Below are positions 37,596 to 51,360 of a DNA stretch of 64,000 nt, one piece after another; within the stretch, counting starts at the first letter, position 1; each line of letters begins with the position of its first letter. The notes below the pieces were generated by a model that was given only the letters and a program-made list of their open reading frames with translations, did no database searches and had not been told where the DNA came from. The stretch covers positions 103,230,001 through 103,294,000 of the forward strand of contig NC_135883.1 in NCBI RefSeq assembly GCF_964194155.1, given 5' to 3'. A program made the position numbers and the translations under genes. The DNA comes from Cetorhinus maximus. Taxonomy: Eukaryota.

Positions 37596-40500
37596 TGTAA
37601 TAGCTACGCAGAAGTTAGAGAAGAGGTTTTAATTCTTCTCACATTTTCTGGGTAATTAATGACGCAACCCAGTCGGAACCATCCGAAGATAGCGATTTAA
37701 ATTGCATTTTCGGATGGTTCCCAATGCAGGGCAATTGCCCAGGGGAAGCTTGCACTTCCGGGTAATTGCCATGTAAACCTTATCTGTGAACTTCCGGGGT
37801 TGGGGAAGTGGGGTGGTGGCGGGGGTTCTCCAGCGCATCTTTGAGGCAACCCCCACAATACGACGCCCAGGTGCTCGGAAGTTGCAGCCTTTTAGCTTCT
37901 CTTACCCTAAATCCCTAGCTGAGTGTTTGCTGCAAGGGACTTACATTGTGTTCTCTAGGTGAAAGGCCTGAAAATTTTGTGAATGTTCCCCTGGTGGGTA
38001 CTTAACAGAACTGCCGGAAAAGAGGGGTAAAGGACATCTCCCATAGCAGTTGCAGCAGGAGGTTAGAAGAAGCTGTGTGGAAATTCAGAGCCGCTGTGAT
38101 TTTTCAGTCACAACACCTTTAAAATTAGGAAATAAGAGGTAGAACTGAGGCGATGTTTTTAACACAGAGCTTTTTAAACATGAAATTTAGCCTTTATTAC
38201 CCCTATCAATTTTTCTTGTTGCGCTGGTCAGTAAGATAGCGCATTGGCCTTCTTCTGAGTAAAAATGCCATTACTTCAATAAATAAAACTATACCATGCT
38301 TTAATTACAGTGCTAATTGTTTGTTGTGCTTTCCAAGATATCTCATAATATTGAATGAACTGTACCATAAACCTACATGATGAAAGTAGGTGAGGTATAT
38401 TGTTCTAACATGTAGCAATGCTATTTAGAAAATGATTTCTAATATAATATATCCAGGGGGGGAATTGAAAAAGAAATGAGAGGAAAGGGTAGAAAGAAAA
38501 GTGTAAAAGTTTAATCAAATGTAAAAAGGCAAGCTTTCCCCAAAAAAACCTAAAATATGAAACCTCTCTCCCCTCTCAGAAGAACGTTCGCTGGATAATT
38601 TTTATTTATTGAGGGATATGTGCAACAGGGTGTTACACCCATGATTTAATATCTTGGTCCTGGTGTAATATTTTGCCATAGTTTATTCCCTCCTTTTGCC
38701 CAAACTGCCATGTCTGAAGAATAGCATACAACACATATAGGATTCATTAATCAATCCTGGTAGACATGTGTCCAGTGACAATATAAAACCCCATGACAGT
38801 ATCAGTCAATCCTCTGGGATCGAGCTCCATGCAGAATGGGAAAAAACTTGATTCAAGAACCATATCACGACAGCAAAAACCAAGAGATTTTGCAAAGTGG
38901 AAATACAGTAAACCTCTTTATAACATTTTTAAAGTTACCCCTTTCCAATACAAGTCAATTTAATGACTTTGTTAAGTATAGAAAATCCATATTAAAAAAA
39001 AGTCTTTATAATCTACCATAATATTTCATTACAATGGCTCTCAAAATTGTTCTTTGGGAGGAGAGCACGGATTGTAATTCTCTCAAAAGGCTCACTGTTC
39101 TTCATCAATTATTTGAAGTTAATTTTTAAAATTCTTTTCTCTCTTTTACTCTCCACGGAGGTAAACAACAGCCATCTGTTTCAGTTGTTAAAATGATATC
39201 CCATGGGTATTAGAGTTTCAAAATTACTCCCAGATTGACACACACCCTCCACTCTACTTCCCCCTCGCCACCATCTCCTGAGACTGTGGTATCCTCATGG
39301 GTTGCTCATTTAATCTCCATTGTTAAAACTGCTCTCATCCATTCTTGGTGACAGCTGTCAATTTTCTCCCAAAGATTTATGACCTGGTGACCCATCATGC
39401 TTTTCAAATTCATTTTCTTGGCCACAGCCAAAGTGACAATGACAAAGACTCCTTGCTCTAATTGAAACACGTTGTCAACTACTTATTCACGTGTTCACAT
39501 CCATTATCGGGCTGTTAACAGAGGCAGCCGCAAGGAAGGTGCAAAAACAAAGAATTTCCAACGGTGACTCTAATGTTTAATAGCAATTAATCCAAATGTT
39601 TCCCTCATCAAAAAATCCAAAGGGTTCCATTAATAACCCTTTGGACTTCATGGGTATGGAAAAAAATCCTCGGCAATGATGCCATAGGATATTTTTATTA
39701 TATCGGCAGACTGGAACACCAAGTAGAGATTGGCACAACTGCCATCTCACATGAGAAAATGGTTTTCCTGACTGTCCACTAATTGACGTCAGTAAGTTGC
39801 TGTCCTCAGTGAGGGATGTCAATGGCTAGGCGACTAGAAACTGTTGCCCACTGACATTGAAAAGTACTGGTCTGTGAAGGCTAGATGAAAAGCTTTCTTG
39901 TTACTAAAATGAGAGTCTCAAGCCTACAATAAAGTAACTTCTAACTGATTTCCAAAGTACGAAGGCACGAAGACCCTTTAGATTACTAATGGGAATATAA
40001 AAGCTCAATACTATCCTCAACATTTAGATCTGGATAATAGCTGCTTTGAGAGGGGAGAAACACTTATATGTCCAGATTTTAACATAAAAGAATTTGTTCA
40101 GAATCATTTTGATCACACTGCACATAAAGGAGGTAATCTCAATGGCTGAAAAAATGGGCATACATCTGCCAGGCAATCGACTCCATCAGGTTATTGTCCA
40201 GGCAACAAGATTGAAAATGATCCTAAGTTTTTTTGCTTTGTAACTTGATTTTTATTTTTTCCGACAGACAACAATGGCACTTCTCTCTGCCCTTCAGTTC
40301 TTAGGATGATGCTTATGCTAGCAACCCATGAATGAAATTTCCCCCACAAATAAGAATCGCGTAAAAGGAAAATGTTGCAAGTCGAATGTTAGTCTTTAAA
40401 TATTTTTTCATATATATATATGCAAATAGTTTGAATTTTTGTCCGCAGGATATCAGGTGCGCATGATCTTACTCAGGCAGCTCTCAAAATTAGGTGATAA

Positions 40501-40711
40501 CGTAGGACCCTGCTCCAATCAGTAGCGACGTAGCACACAAATAATCACTATTTTTTTAAAAAAAGGTTAAAAGTTTGAATCCAAGATCGTTGGAGATGGT
40601 TTTACTCTCAAGGTCCCTGTGGGATGCACACTTAAATTTTTCTAAAAAATAGTTTCTGTGAATACCGTGTTGCTCACTATCCTTGAATTGAAGTGAAGCA
40701 AGCGAGACATT

Positions 40712-42015
40712 GGGCGGAATCGTCCCAGATTTGCACTAAGTACGGCAGTGGGCAGGAAAAACGTGGCTTTATCCATCGGCCGCAATGAGGCTTCTCATGC
40801 CATATCATCCCAAACCTGCCGCATTAATTACGCGTTCCTGGGAAACACGCCGTTTCCATGGCGGGCAGGCTCCGATTCACCCGCCACGCCGTCACCTCGC
40901 CGCTTCATCACGCTGGGTGCCACATTTAAAGTACAGCCGTGTGCACACCTCTCTGTGTTTCTAGCCCAGGACTGCTGCAAGTAAGACATGGCTCCAAAAG
41001 GCAAGAAAACTGCAGCCCCAGGTTTAGTGACACATCCCTTGAGTGCCTTTTGGACGCCATGGAGGTCCGCCATGATGTCCTCTACCCCTGCTCTGGCCGC
41101 AGGAGGGGCAGCAACATTACCACGCTGGCTTGGTAGATGATGGCAGTGGTGACCAGTGCCAATGCTGCACGGAAGAGGTTGGCTATCCAATGCAGATAGG
41201 GGACGAATGATCTCATCCATGCTGCCAGGGTAAGGCAACCATCTCATCACTGTAAACTCACACACTCAAGCCCATCACACATTCACTGGCATCTCACTCA
41301 CTGCCAGCTCAAGGGGCATCATCACTCACTTTCACACACACCCTCACATCTCCATCTGGCCTCATCTGCTCTGGAGTCTGCCTCCTCAGCCCTCACCATC
41401 TTGAGGCCACTTGCACAGATCAACTTGTGCCCCCAGACACACCCTGGGATACCCCCCTTCCCCAGTACAGCCCTCATCCTGCAGCCTCTTTCCTTGCCTG
41501 AAGCCACTTCTTCCCCTTCCCCAAGCAACCCTAGCCCTGCAGCAGTACAAAGCCACCCCCACCTTATGGCTGGCCTGGTAGGTAGAGACCTGCCCATGAG
41601 CCCCTCTTATAAGTGAGCTAGTGCTGTCTGCGAAGCCTGGCGCTGATGACTGCGAGTGCTGTGAGTGAAGCAATGTAGGTAAACAAACCTCAAAGTCCCG
41701 AGCGAAGTGCAGCTTGTCAGGCGCACGTCGCTTATGTGTTGTTGTGAAACATGTCAGCATGCAGTCACGCCGACATGGGCAGACGATCCAGCGTGGGGGT
41801 GGGGGGATGAGTCTGGCAGGCTAGCCTTATAATGATGTGCAGATGTATTACAATGAGGTTCCCAATGTCCGATGGCAGGAAACGCAGCCCGCTATCGGTG
41901 GGCTGAACGGATGGTCCCAAACTAGTTTCATGGCATTGTAAAACCGATTTTTGGCTTTCTCGCCATATTGTCCGCTGAACACGGCCGACGTCAGTGGGCA
42001 CGGAAAATTCCGTCC
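40712..42015 (+). mobile_element. Non-autonomous Harbinger deletion derivative retaining Myb/SANT exon 1
   Basis: TIRs GGGCGGAAT / AATTCCGTCC, flanks ATT/ATC; MAPKGKKTAAP/RFSDTSLECLLDAMEVRHDVLYP with stops, followed by donor GTAAGG. Confidence 0.88.
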
Positions 42016-44423
42016 ATCTTTTGGTAAGTCTTTATGTCCAATAGGTAAACTGCACAAAGGTGCTTTATTTCTGCTACGTGGCTTGGATGTACCTATAAAT
42101 CACAATATGTAAATAGACTACGGATAATAAACCAGACGCCCAGAACCCCATCTACAAATACCAATAAATAAACCCAATAATATTGATCTCAAGCTTCCTT
42201 GACAAATAATGGAATATTTATCTTGAACCACAACAAACCCACATATCCAACAATATCCGCAGTAGTTTTTTGTTTTTACCGCATATCCAACTCTAAATCT
42301 GCAATGTTATCACAAACAAGGTCTTTTGCATGCATTTAAATCAGTACTTTAATCATCATTTTAACATCTTACCAGATTCGACAGGACTCAGTCAAGCAGA
42401 GAAACACATTGACAGGTAACTGAGCAAGTCACTGTAGCAGAAAATGGCTTAATTGTTATGCTTGTCCTAAACCATCTGTTTCCACAAAAACCTCTGCGAC
42501 TGTGCTGAGACATTAAGGAATGTATTGGCGACACTGGGCTCTCTATTAAAGGTTAATATGTTTGATAAATGCTCTGCATCTGGGCTCAGGCAGGAATACA
42601 TTATAAAAATGACACTTCTGGGAACGGCAATGTTGTTTTCCAGCCCACGTGCTGGCTTCGCCATGACTTCCGATGTAGCACAGACATTTCCGGTTGATCC
42701 AATTGTCGGCTAGATGGCAATTTTATGCAGCATGTTTCAGCCAATTACGTGTGTGGCACAACCTGAGCATCACAGAACCACTTGGGTTTGCAACCAGGCG
42801 TTCCCCACATGGGAAGCCCCTCGTGTTGGGAGCCCTGTTTGGAACTTGCAAGTCCAAAGTGCCTAAATGAATGGACAAAAAGCAAATATCTCTGGGCTAG
42901 TGATTTCCCAAGCAGCGTTCCTTGTTGAGTGCCACTCTATGCTGGAAGCTTCCAGTTAGACAAACAAGTCTTAAAAACAATGGTGTAATTTTCATACAAT
43001 GTTTATTTCAATTGTGAAAAACACCCAGCAGTACAATATCCAAAATTGATTTATGTCTAGATTGAGTTTTTTGAGCTAGAATGAATGAAAAAAGACTTAC
43101 ATTTATATAACACTTATTGCCCCTCAGAAGTGTCTCAAAGAACTTCACAAAAGAGTGAATTACTTTTGAAGTGCAATCATTGTTTATGTGTAGGTTAATC
43201 AGGTATGAACTTAATGAAGTACTGGTGGTTACAGGTCAGTAACTCTTGCGGCAGTACAGAAGGAATTTTGAGGTATTGAATTTGACACATTAGCCAATAT
43301 ATTTTAACGTTGCACAAAGTGTGTCTTTTTCTACTGTGCATCAGTGATAACATGTTAAATGGCCCAATGATAACACTGAGGCTCAGCTTGTTTGATTTGG
43401 TGGAAAAAGACATTGCTTTTGCATAATTCCATCACAGAGCTTGATCACATTTTATGAAAGTAAACAGAGCTGGCTTATTTGAAGCAGCAGAGATTCACTA
43501 AGTTGTATTGGGTTGTCCTTCCCGAAATAAAGACAAGGTCTCCTACTGAGGATCAAAGGAAAGCCAGTACAGTTTAATAGTTTTGCACAAGGCAAGTTTC
43601 AAAGCCTTGCCTAACCTTTAGTTTCTGAAACTTGGTCAACCCACTACTGGCTGATGAGGCTCAGGACCTGGTTGCAAACACATTGCACCATACTTCTCAA
43701 AATTAGCTTCAGATCTTCCTAAGCTACAGTGGTCAACATTAAGCTTTAGCCATTAATGCTGAATTCTGAGGTTTAGTAGATGGGATCTTCAACATTTGGC
43801 CCTAATGCTACAAAAGATTATATGACATCACAGAGCCACATGCATTTGCACCAAAACGCTAACATAAGGTAATTCAATTATTTCTTTCTTAGTTCAATGA
43901 AAAATTTTAGTGGCACTTTCAGCTCATAGCACAAAGCATGTTGGGTGCATCATGTGGATCAGAGTCAAATGTTAGCCATCAGCAGCTAATGAACACTATT
44001 GGTTGTCACTGAAGTGCCACGAATGTGGTCGATGAAAATGGGTCCTGTATGCCTGGAACGCTGCTCAGGCACTCTGATTACATTATAGGTTGGCTAGCAA
44101 TATGCATCATATCTGAGGCCCTGTGCACAATATGCGTGCATGCTCCCAGCACACTATACTTTGGCAAGCCATTTTTTGACACGCTGGGCATCATGCCTCT
44201 CCATTTGCTATAATGCCTCATATTCCTATTATGTCTTGATGTTGCAAATATATATGAAATAGTGCATTGTTACAATTGTTACAATGGATTTTTTTCTCTT
44301 TCAATAATTTCATAGCAGCTCATGTAAGCAGAGTTGGCACACTATAAAAACTGCACACTTTCCAAGATGTGACTTTGAGCATGAACACAACTCTCCATAT
44401 CTGTTGGAAGATTATCTTGTTCT

Positions 44424-47413
44424 TGTTAGAGTTGATTTTCCAGGCAACTTTTCTTGGTGGAAACATTGAACTTTATTTACAAGACAGCAGCAGCAACTAC
44501 ATGTGTGCATCCAACTCTATAACTAAATAAGAACTCCCTCCTAGAGATTCCCCGCGCATTGCTTTACACAGATCATATGATCTTATAACGCAGGATTATT
44601 CTTAAAGCTACAGTCCTACGTTTATCAAAACTATAATTACTACATTCCTCCCCCTTTAACTTTTCTGTACATGTTGTATTTACAAGGACATTTATTTCAT
44701 GACATTACAATATTTACACAGGCCATGAAATTACAAGTTCAGTCTTTCAGGTGGTTTCCTGATCCGTGTGGAACATTGTAACTCCATGACTTCCGATTCT
44801 TTGGCAGGAACCACATTCTCTGGAACTGCATTAACATAAGGTACCTCATTAGGCACAGGCTGTTCAGTGTCGTCCATTCCAACAGAGACATATCCTTGGT
44901 TGAGCAACTTCAATAGGAACCACAGGTTCAGCAATAGTTACAGACGAAAAATAATTTTGCTGGATATCTCCCTTCTTTTTAAATGATCCACATGCTTACG
45001 GGTGATCCAGCCCTCCACTTCCACATGGTATGGCAATGGTCAGGTCACAGAGCTTACTTTACTAGGTAACCACTTCAGTCCTCCACCAAAATTCCTTACA
45101 TATGCTGCTTCTCTAACAATAAATTGTCGCTCAAGACAATGCATATCATGAGTTGCTTTTTCATTCCCTTGACTTTTCCCCCACCTTCCCCTCCAAATTG
45201 GGAAGTATCAGGCTTAGTCGTGTTTGAAGACGGCACCTCATCAGTAATTCTGCATCCTCTTCCTACGTGTCTTCTTCTTTCTACCACAGAATTTAGTCTC
45301 GGCTTTGTTTTTACTTCACTGTCGGCCTGACTTCTCTCAGGTGAAATCTCAACTTGTCTTAGTTCGGTAGTTGAGTTACCCATGACTTCAATAACCACTC
45401 ACATCTTGGAAAGTCCTATGACTTTTCCTTTCAAAGCCTCTTCAGCTTCATTCAGCTGATTCTTCAGCTCTTCTGTCTCCTTCTTGTATCTGTTGATTTC
45501 CTCCTGGAAACCTGCATCTTCTCTGCCAACTGGTTCTTCAATTTGTTCAGGCTGATGTTAAATTCTTCCTGTTTCTCTTCATAATTTTCCAGAGGTTAAA
45601 CTTTGACCTGAGAGATCCTTGTAGGATGTGAAAGTCCTTCAACACGTTTTCCTTTTCTTTACGAAACTTACTTGCTTCATCTTTAATTCTGTCATTCAGT
45701 AGAGTCTCCTTGAGTTTCTTCTGCTGTTCTTCCATGTCATTGTTTAAGACAGCCTTCATTTATTCAGGTTACTGAATGGTTACACACTCCTTTTTCATCC
45801 TGTTGCAGTCCTTGGGCTCTCCAGGCTCTTTCTGAAGTACTTTGCCTTGTTCCTTTTCCAACTCAGGAACTCTTCCTGCTTCCTTTTGAAATCTCACTGG
45901 CCAATCAAGATTAATTGCTCTCAACCAATTTCGACAAAGAAGGCTTAGTCCTTCACCTTCTACCACCATCACTGGTAGTCATGCTGTTTTGTGTCTATAA
46001 TAAACAGGTACTCTGGTAATGTCTTTTACCTGGATTTCTTCACCTGTGTACATTTTCAACTTGTCAGAGGTTTGTTCCAAATTTAATTGTTGAGCACCTT
46101 AATTTAAATATCTGAAAGTGGGTTCTCCTACTACAGTGGTTGAAGCACCAGTGACTACTTCCATTTTTAAGGGTTTACCATTCACTTGCAATGTGACAGT
46201 AATTGGCTTTGTCTTCCCAAATTTCATGTTGAATAAGGAATAAATGCCAGAATTGGTTGTTTCTGGCTCCTCCACACTATATACTTCATTGGACTTCGTT
46301 TGTTGCCTGGAAGCCTGTTTAAATCTCACTTTGCAATGTTTCAATATGTGTCCACTTTGTGAAAAAAATAACATTCCATATTTTTAAATTGCCAATCATT
46401 AGGAGTATGTTTGTTTCCGTGTCGATATAAATTCATTTTCAAATTTGCTGCTAAGCTGTTTCCTCTAAATTTTCAGTTAGCGGAAGCTGTTTCCCGCTTT
46501 GCGGCAGAGTCCCGGCTTTTTGTTCCACTTTCGGCTGCCTGTTCCCACCTAACTAGGAAAACGGCACCATTTTGCACACCTTGAATAGCTTGTGAATTCC
46601 TTACAGTGTTTTCCATCGCGAGCGCTATTTCTAATGCTTTCTTAAAATCAAGATCCATTTCGGCCAGCAATCTTCGCTGAATAGCATCCTCTTGCACGCC
46701 ACAGACCAAACAATCCCTGATCATATCATTCAGGGTTTCACCAAAATCACAATATTCTGTTAGTTGTTTTAATTTCACTACATAGGTAGCAATGGTCTTC
46801 CCTGGGGCTCTATTCCGTGAATTGAACCTGAACCTCTGCATTCTGACTAAGGGCTTGGGTTGGAAATGTCCCTGAACGAGGTCTACTATTTCACTGAAGG
46901 TCTTTGAATCAGTGGCACTGGGGTCCGTCAAGCTTCAAATTAAACTGTAGGTTTTGCTCCCACAAATACTTAGGAGAATCGCTCTCCTCTTTTCCTCCCC
47001 TGTGATTTCGCTGGCTTGAAACTAGAATGCAAGGAGTTCTATATATTGAGACCAGTCGTCTGTGGCTGGTTCAAAGGGATCGATTCTGCCAAACTGTGGC
47101 ATATCGGATGAGTATATCTTCCTTTCTTTTTTTAGTTATCTTAGATACTCACAATTGCTGGGCAAGGGACAGTACCAGATCTGATTTATCCTCATCGCTA
47201 GTTTGTTATAGAGGTGATTTTCCAGGCAACTTTTCTTGGTGGGAACATTGAACTTTATTTACATGGCAGCAGCAGCAACTATATGTTTGTATCCAACTCC
47301 ATAGCTAAAGAAGAACCCCCTCCTAGAGGTTCCTGGTGCTGCTAACTCATGTGATCATGTGATCTTACAACACAGGATTATTCTTCAAGTTACAGTCCTA
47401 GATAATTACTACA
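44424..47413 (-). mobile_element. Non-autonomous Gypsy LTR retrotransposon (gag, protease, integrase C-terminal tail; no RT/RNaseH)
   Basis: LTRs 47204-47413 and 44424-44644 (TG...CA), exact TSD GTTCT, PBS-like AACTAGCGATGAG, PPT TTAAAGGGGGAGGAA; gag RFRFNSRNR...CDFG...IRDCLVCGV, protease LKMEVVTGASTTVV, tail STRIRKPPERLNL. Confidence 0.93.
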
Positions 47414-48910
47414 GTTCTGCACTGCACATAATCAAATAGGTGGATATTATGCACAAGTCAGAAGTATTTCAGGTAAAACTAATAAATATATTTATTTACA
47501 ATTAAAGAGAAATGTGAAAAACTAAAATATATGCCAAAAATAGAAGAGTCAGACAAACACTACTGAGTACAACACTTAAATTTATGAATTTATTGCTCTT
47601 AATTTGTAACAATTTCCCTTGAAATTCTTCTGTTTGTTACTTTGACAATTTCGTGTACCTGTTTAAAATAACAGTCGTTGTGGCCAGGATCTTTAGCCCC
47701 ACCTGGGCTGGGAACAGAGGCGAAGGTGTACAGTGTTGCTAGCTAGCATACAGGTTCTCTAGCTCCTACTCCATCCTGCACACCACGCCATTTTCCTGCA
47801 GATTGTATGGGGGTGCGAGGTGCAGAGCTACATGACCAAAAGTGACAGGATAACAAATTGAACCAATTAAAAGGTCTGCTGAGGCCTGTTGTTGAGTGGG
47901 ATATTCCAGTCATCCTCCAGGTACTCACAGGATACGGGGGCCAGTTTGGAGGAATGCCTGGCAGCAGAATCAGGAGGAAGGGGATGTGGGGGGTGTGGTG
48001 GTGTCAGTGCTCCAGGGGGCTTAGAGGTTCTCACTGACTGCCTAAGTGTTCTTCCCCAACTCCAAACCCCATGGGGGTAGGCGCAGCTACTGAGCCATTC
48101 TTTATTTTAATTTGAAAAAGCTGGAGAGAGGGCGTCTGCTGTGGTGTCCTGCTACTGCTTTCAAGACAGAGGGCCTAGTGATCCTCAAGTTTCAAGAGAC
48201 CATCCGCCATCCTTAATTCTGATTGGCTAACTTGAGGAAAATCACAGGAGAGTGGCTGTTTCCCATTTGAGACTGATGGCGGGGTTCAGAGGCCCACAGG
48301 GAAAATCTTGCTCAGAAACTTCATCTGAATGGATTTAAAAACAGTGCACCAAATTATTCCATTAGTGAAGTTTATAATGGATTATTACCCTTTACAATGA
48401 AGTATTGTAAATAACGAAAGAATCTATTCTGTTTAAAAAGTAAAGTTCTTCCTACAGGTTATGTGATTCAATAGGCTTTGTCACTATACATTCCAGTTCC
48501 AAGAGAGACAAAAACTGAATGTTGGTAATGCAAGTAACATAAATCTCATATTACATAGTTTTCTTCACAGCTTTTGTTATCTAACCAAATCTGAGAACTC
48601 AGAATGAATTCGAAAATCTTCTCAGCTTTTAACCAGTTGTTTCTTTTGAAGTCATAATTTCCGATGACTCACGCCACCTACTTTTGGCTGTTTGTATTTA
48701 GGTTCCCAGGGAAACGGAGAGTGGTAAGATTTTAGTGGGGGTTGCCCTGATTTCCTGCTGTGGCTTCAGTGGAGAATTGGCAGAAACTCTTGAAAAATAT
48801 GGTCTAAACTAACATTTCTCTGCCATTTCTTCACAGCTTCTGTTGAGATAGGCCAGGAGATCAGGAGAACTCCTGTGCAAATTCCAGACAATGGCGCTTT
48901 ACAATCTGGT

Positions 48911-48952
48911 GCTTCAAAAATACGAAGGGGCGCTTCAAAAATACGAAGGGGC
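48911..48952. repeat. Exact 21-bp tandem duplication
   Basis: GCTTCAAAAATACGAAGGGGC x2. Confidence 0.9.
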
Positions 48953-51079
48953 TTAAATTCTGATGGTTCCACCCTGCTGGCGAAACTACAAAAAGAGTAG
49001 GACATAAATGCCTGAAATGAAGGCTGCCGCCCTGTACCAAACATGGGGGCAGCATGACCAGCAAAATGAAGGTGGGTGCATCATACCTGTGAGGGTGCAT
49101 CAGTCTCGTTTGCCTCAACTGAGACCCAGAATGTTGAAGCTGTTCCATGTCATTTAAGCATAGCGGATATGGCACTGGAAGATCCCCATAACAAACAGGA
49201 TGAGCTCCCAAATGTTCTATTGGATCAATCTTGCAGGGCAATCAACCACCTCCAAGAAGTCCATAAGACAATCTGTTCTCAGCTAGTATTGATTCCATTA
49301 GGTCTACTTGGACTCGTTCCACCTCAAATTTCTTTGGGAAGCCAAGGAACCTTGATGAGGTTGGGGGGAAGCCGTCGTAGATCCAGGGGACTATGAGGCC
49401 TGGTTCACAAACACCATTCCTCTATTTCAAAGTAAAGCAGCAATAACACAACTGCTCAAGAGTTGTGTTTCACCCTAGGTGAATGGATAAATATTTCTCA
49501 TTTAAATTGTACTACATTTTGCTATTTGAATTACTGAGTTAATCTTTTGGAAATGACTCAACTAATCTTTGCAACTAAGAATACAGAGGAATAATAATTA
49601 AGAATTTTTTTTGTGCAAAGCCAGCTGACAAAATCTACATGGAAATCTGTGACTCTGACTAGGGGACTGTTCCCTGATGGTTCTCTGCTGCTTAGCTTCT
49701 GCTGTGAGTTACTAATGAAGTTCTCAGCAGCAGAACCAGGGACTCTCCAGCAGCAGCTTCAGCCAGAAAGTGAAGGCCCTTCAATCAATCAGTGGCTGCA
49801 TATCCAGACCAGACATTCAAAAGCACTGAAAGAATCCACTTTTTGTTCTCTCTAGTCAGCAGCGGCTCAGTGAGTTGGAAAATAAAATTTCAGATGATGA
49901 TAGGGCCTTGCTTTGATATATGTCGAGAAACCCTTTCCTCATAATATGACAAGGCTTTTGCTTGAAGTTTGGCTTCAATATTTATCTGTATGACAAGGTC
50001 TGCACACCTATGAATTCCTAGGCTGAGTCACAGAAGCTACTTGCGTTGAAAGTACATAAACTAAAATGCCATTTCTTTATCTACAGGGAAAATGAAGGAG
50101 GCTCCTAGTTAGTAGAAACACATAGGGCAAAGTAAAACCTTTGTCATTATTAACCCCAGATAAGTATACTTCAATGTTATAAACTGCATTTTTATTTAAC
50201 TTTCCTGAAGGATGAAAACAATTCATGTGCTTTAATTATTAGGGAGGTAACAAGTCAATTCTGTGGAACAGGCAATATCAGTATGGCCACCTGCTGGATT
50301 TGGGTGTTCAATAGACAGCTAATCCATTATGACTCATTTCACACCATTGGTGAAAGTTAAAATTAACCCTTAGATTTTAAACAGATTTTTCAAGCAAATC
50401 TTAATGAACCTAGAAATGTTTTCCTTGCAAATATTCTTCCAAGTTAACAGTTTTTATAACCTGCCATTGTATATTTCTGTACAAGACCTCATGCACTCAT
50501 TCATTCAACAACTGAATCTAAGCGTGAACTCAAAGCACTTCACAAAGGTACATTTTACACAACAGTGATTAGATTCCAGAGAATATTTAGCAGTAATTTG
50601 ACTATACTTACTGTGCTAGCATTAAAGAAAACACATATTTGGTAGCATTCATGTTTGTACCAAGATTCAGTAAATGCCAAGTATGGATCAGAGATGTGGA
50701 ACATTAACTCGTAATGAGAAATGTTTTGGCTGATTGAAACTCTGTATATCAGAAATGATTCAAAAGTGGTTTGGTCCATTAGAGTTTTACACTTTGAGTC
50801 ACCTGTATCCTGTAACATGAGAAAGTATTTTCACAAATTCACAAATAAATCCACAAGGTTTGTACGATTGTTGCCCACTGATGAATGGGATAGAGTCTTG
50901 AGTGGACACTGAATGGGGAGTGATCTTCCTAAGATGTTTGCAGCCAGAACAGAGATTTCTACATGTTAAAGCTGAGTGCCTGCATTTACAAATAAAAGGA
51001 AATATAAATTGTATCTATGTATCACTTTTCACAATCTCAGGATGCTTCTTTTGAAGTTATTCACTATTACAATTTCAAT

Positions 51080-51360
51080 GTTGGACTCTCACCACAGTCA
51101 GAAGATTGGGGGTTCAAACCCCACTCCAGAGACGTGTACACAAAATTTAGGCTAACAATCCAGTGCTACACTGAAGGATGGTGAACTGACAGGAGTTCAG
51201 TCTCTCAGAGAATTTAAACGGAGGCCATCTGCTCTCTCAGATGGACATAAAATAATCCAATGAAGTTACTGAAAGAAGAACAGCAGAGCTCTCCTCAGTG
51301 CCTTGTCCAATATTAATCTCCTCAATTAAAAAGGGAAAATCTTAGTATCCACCTCATTGC
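51080..51360 (+). mobile_element. tRNA/Deu-type SINE, 5' part (continues at 54479-54528 after LINE insertion)
   Basis: B-box GGTTCAAACC at ~51111; body is the reverse-complement homolog of 54530-54956; ...CATTGC | GTTTGTGGGACCTTGCTG junction. Confidence 0.7.

Noticed and set aside
42467-42709. ORF with GLENNIAV and SQRF, faintly like EphA7 exon 5
   Set aside because: Spacing and the FN3 Trp/Tyr/Cys residues do not match and there is an in-frame stop just upstream; the true exon 5 appears to lie beyond the window.
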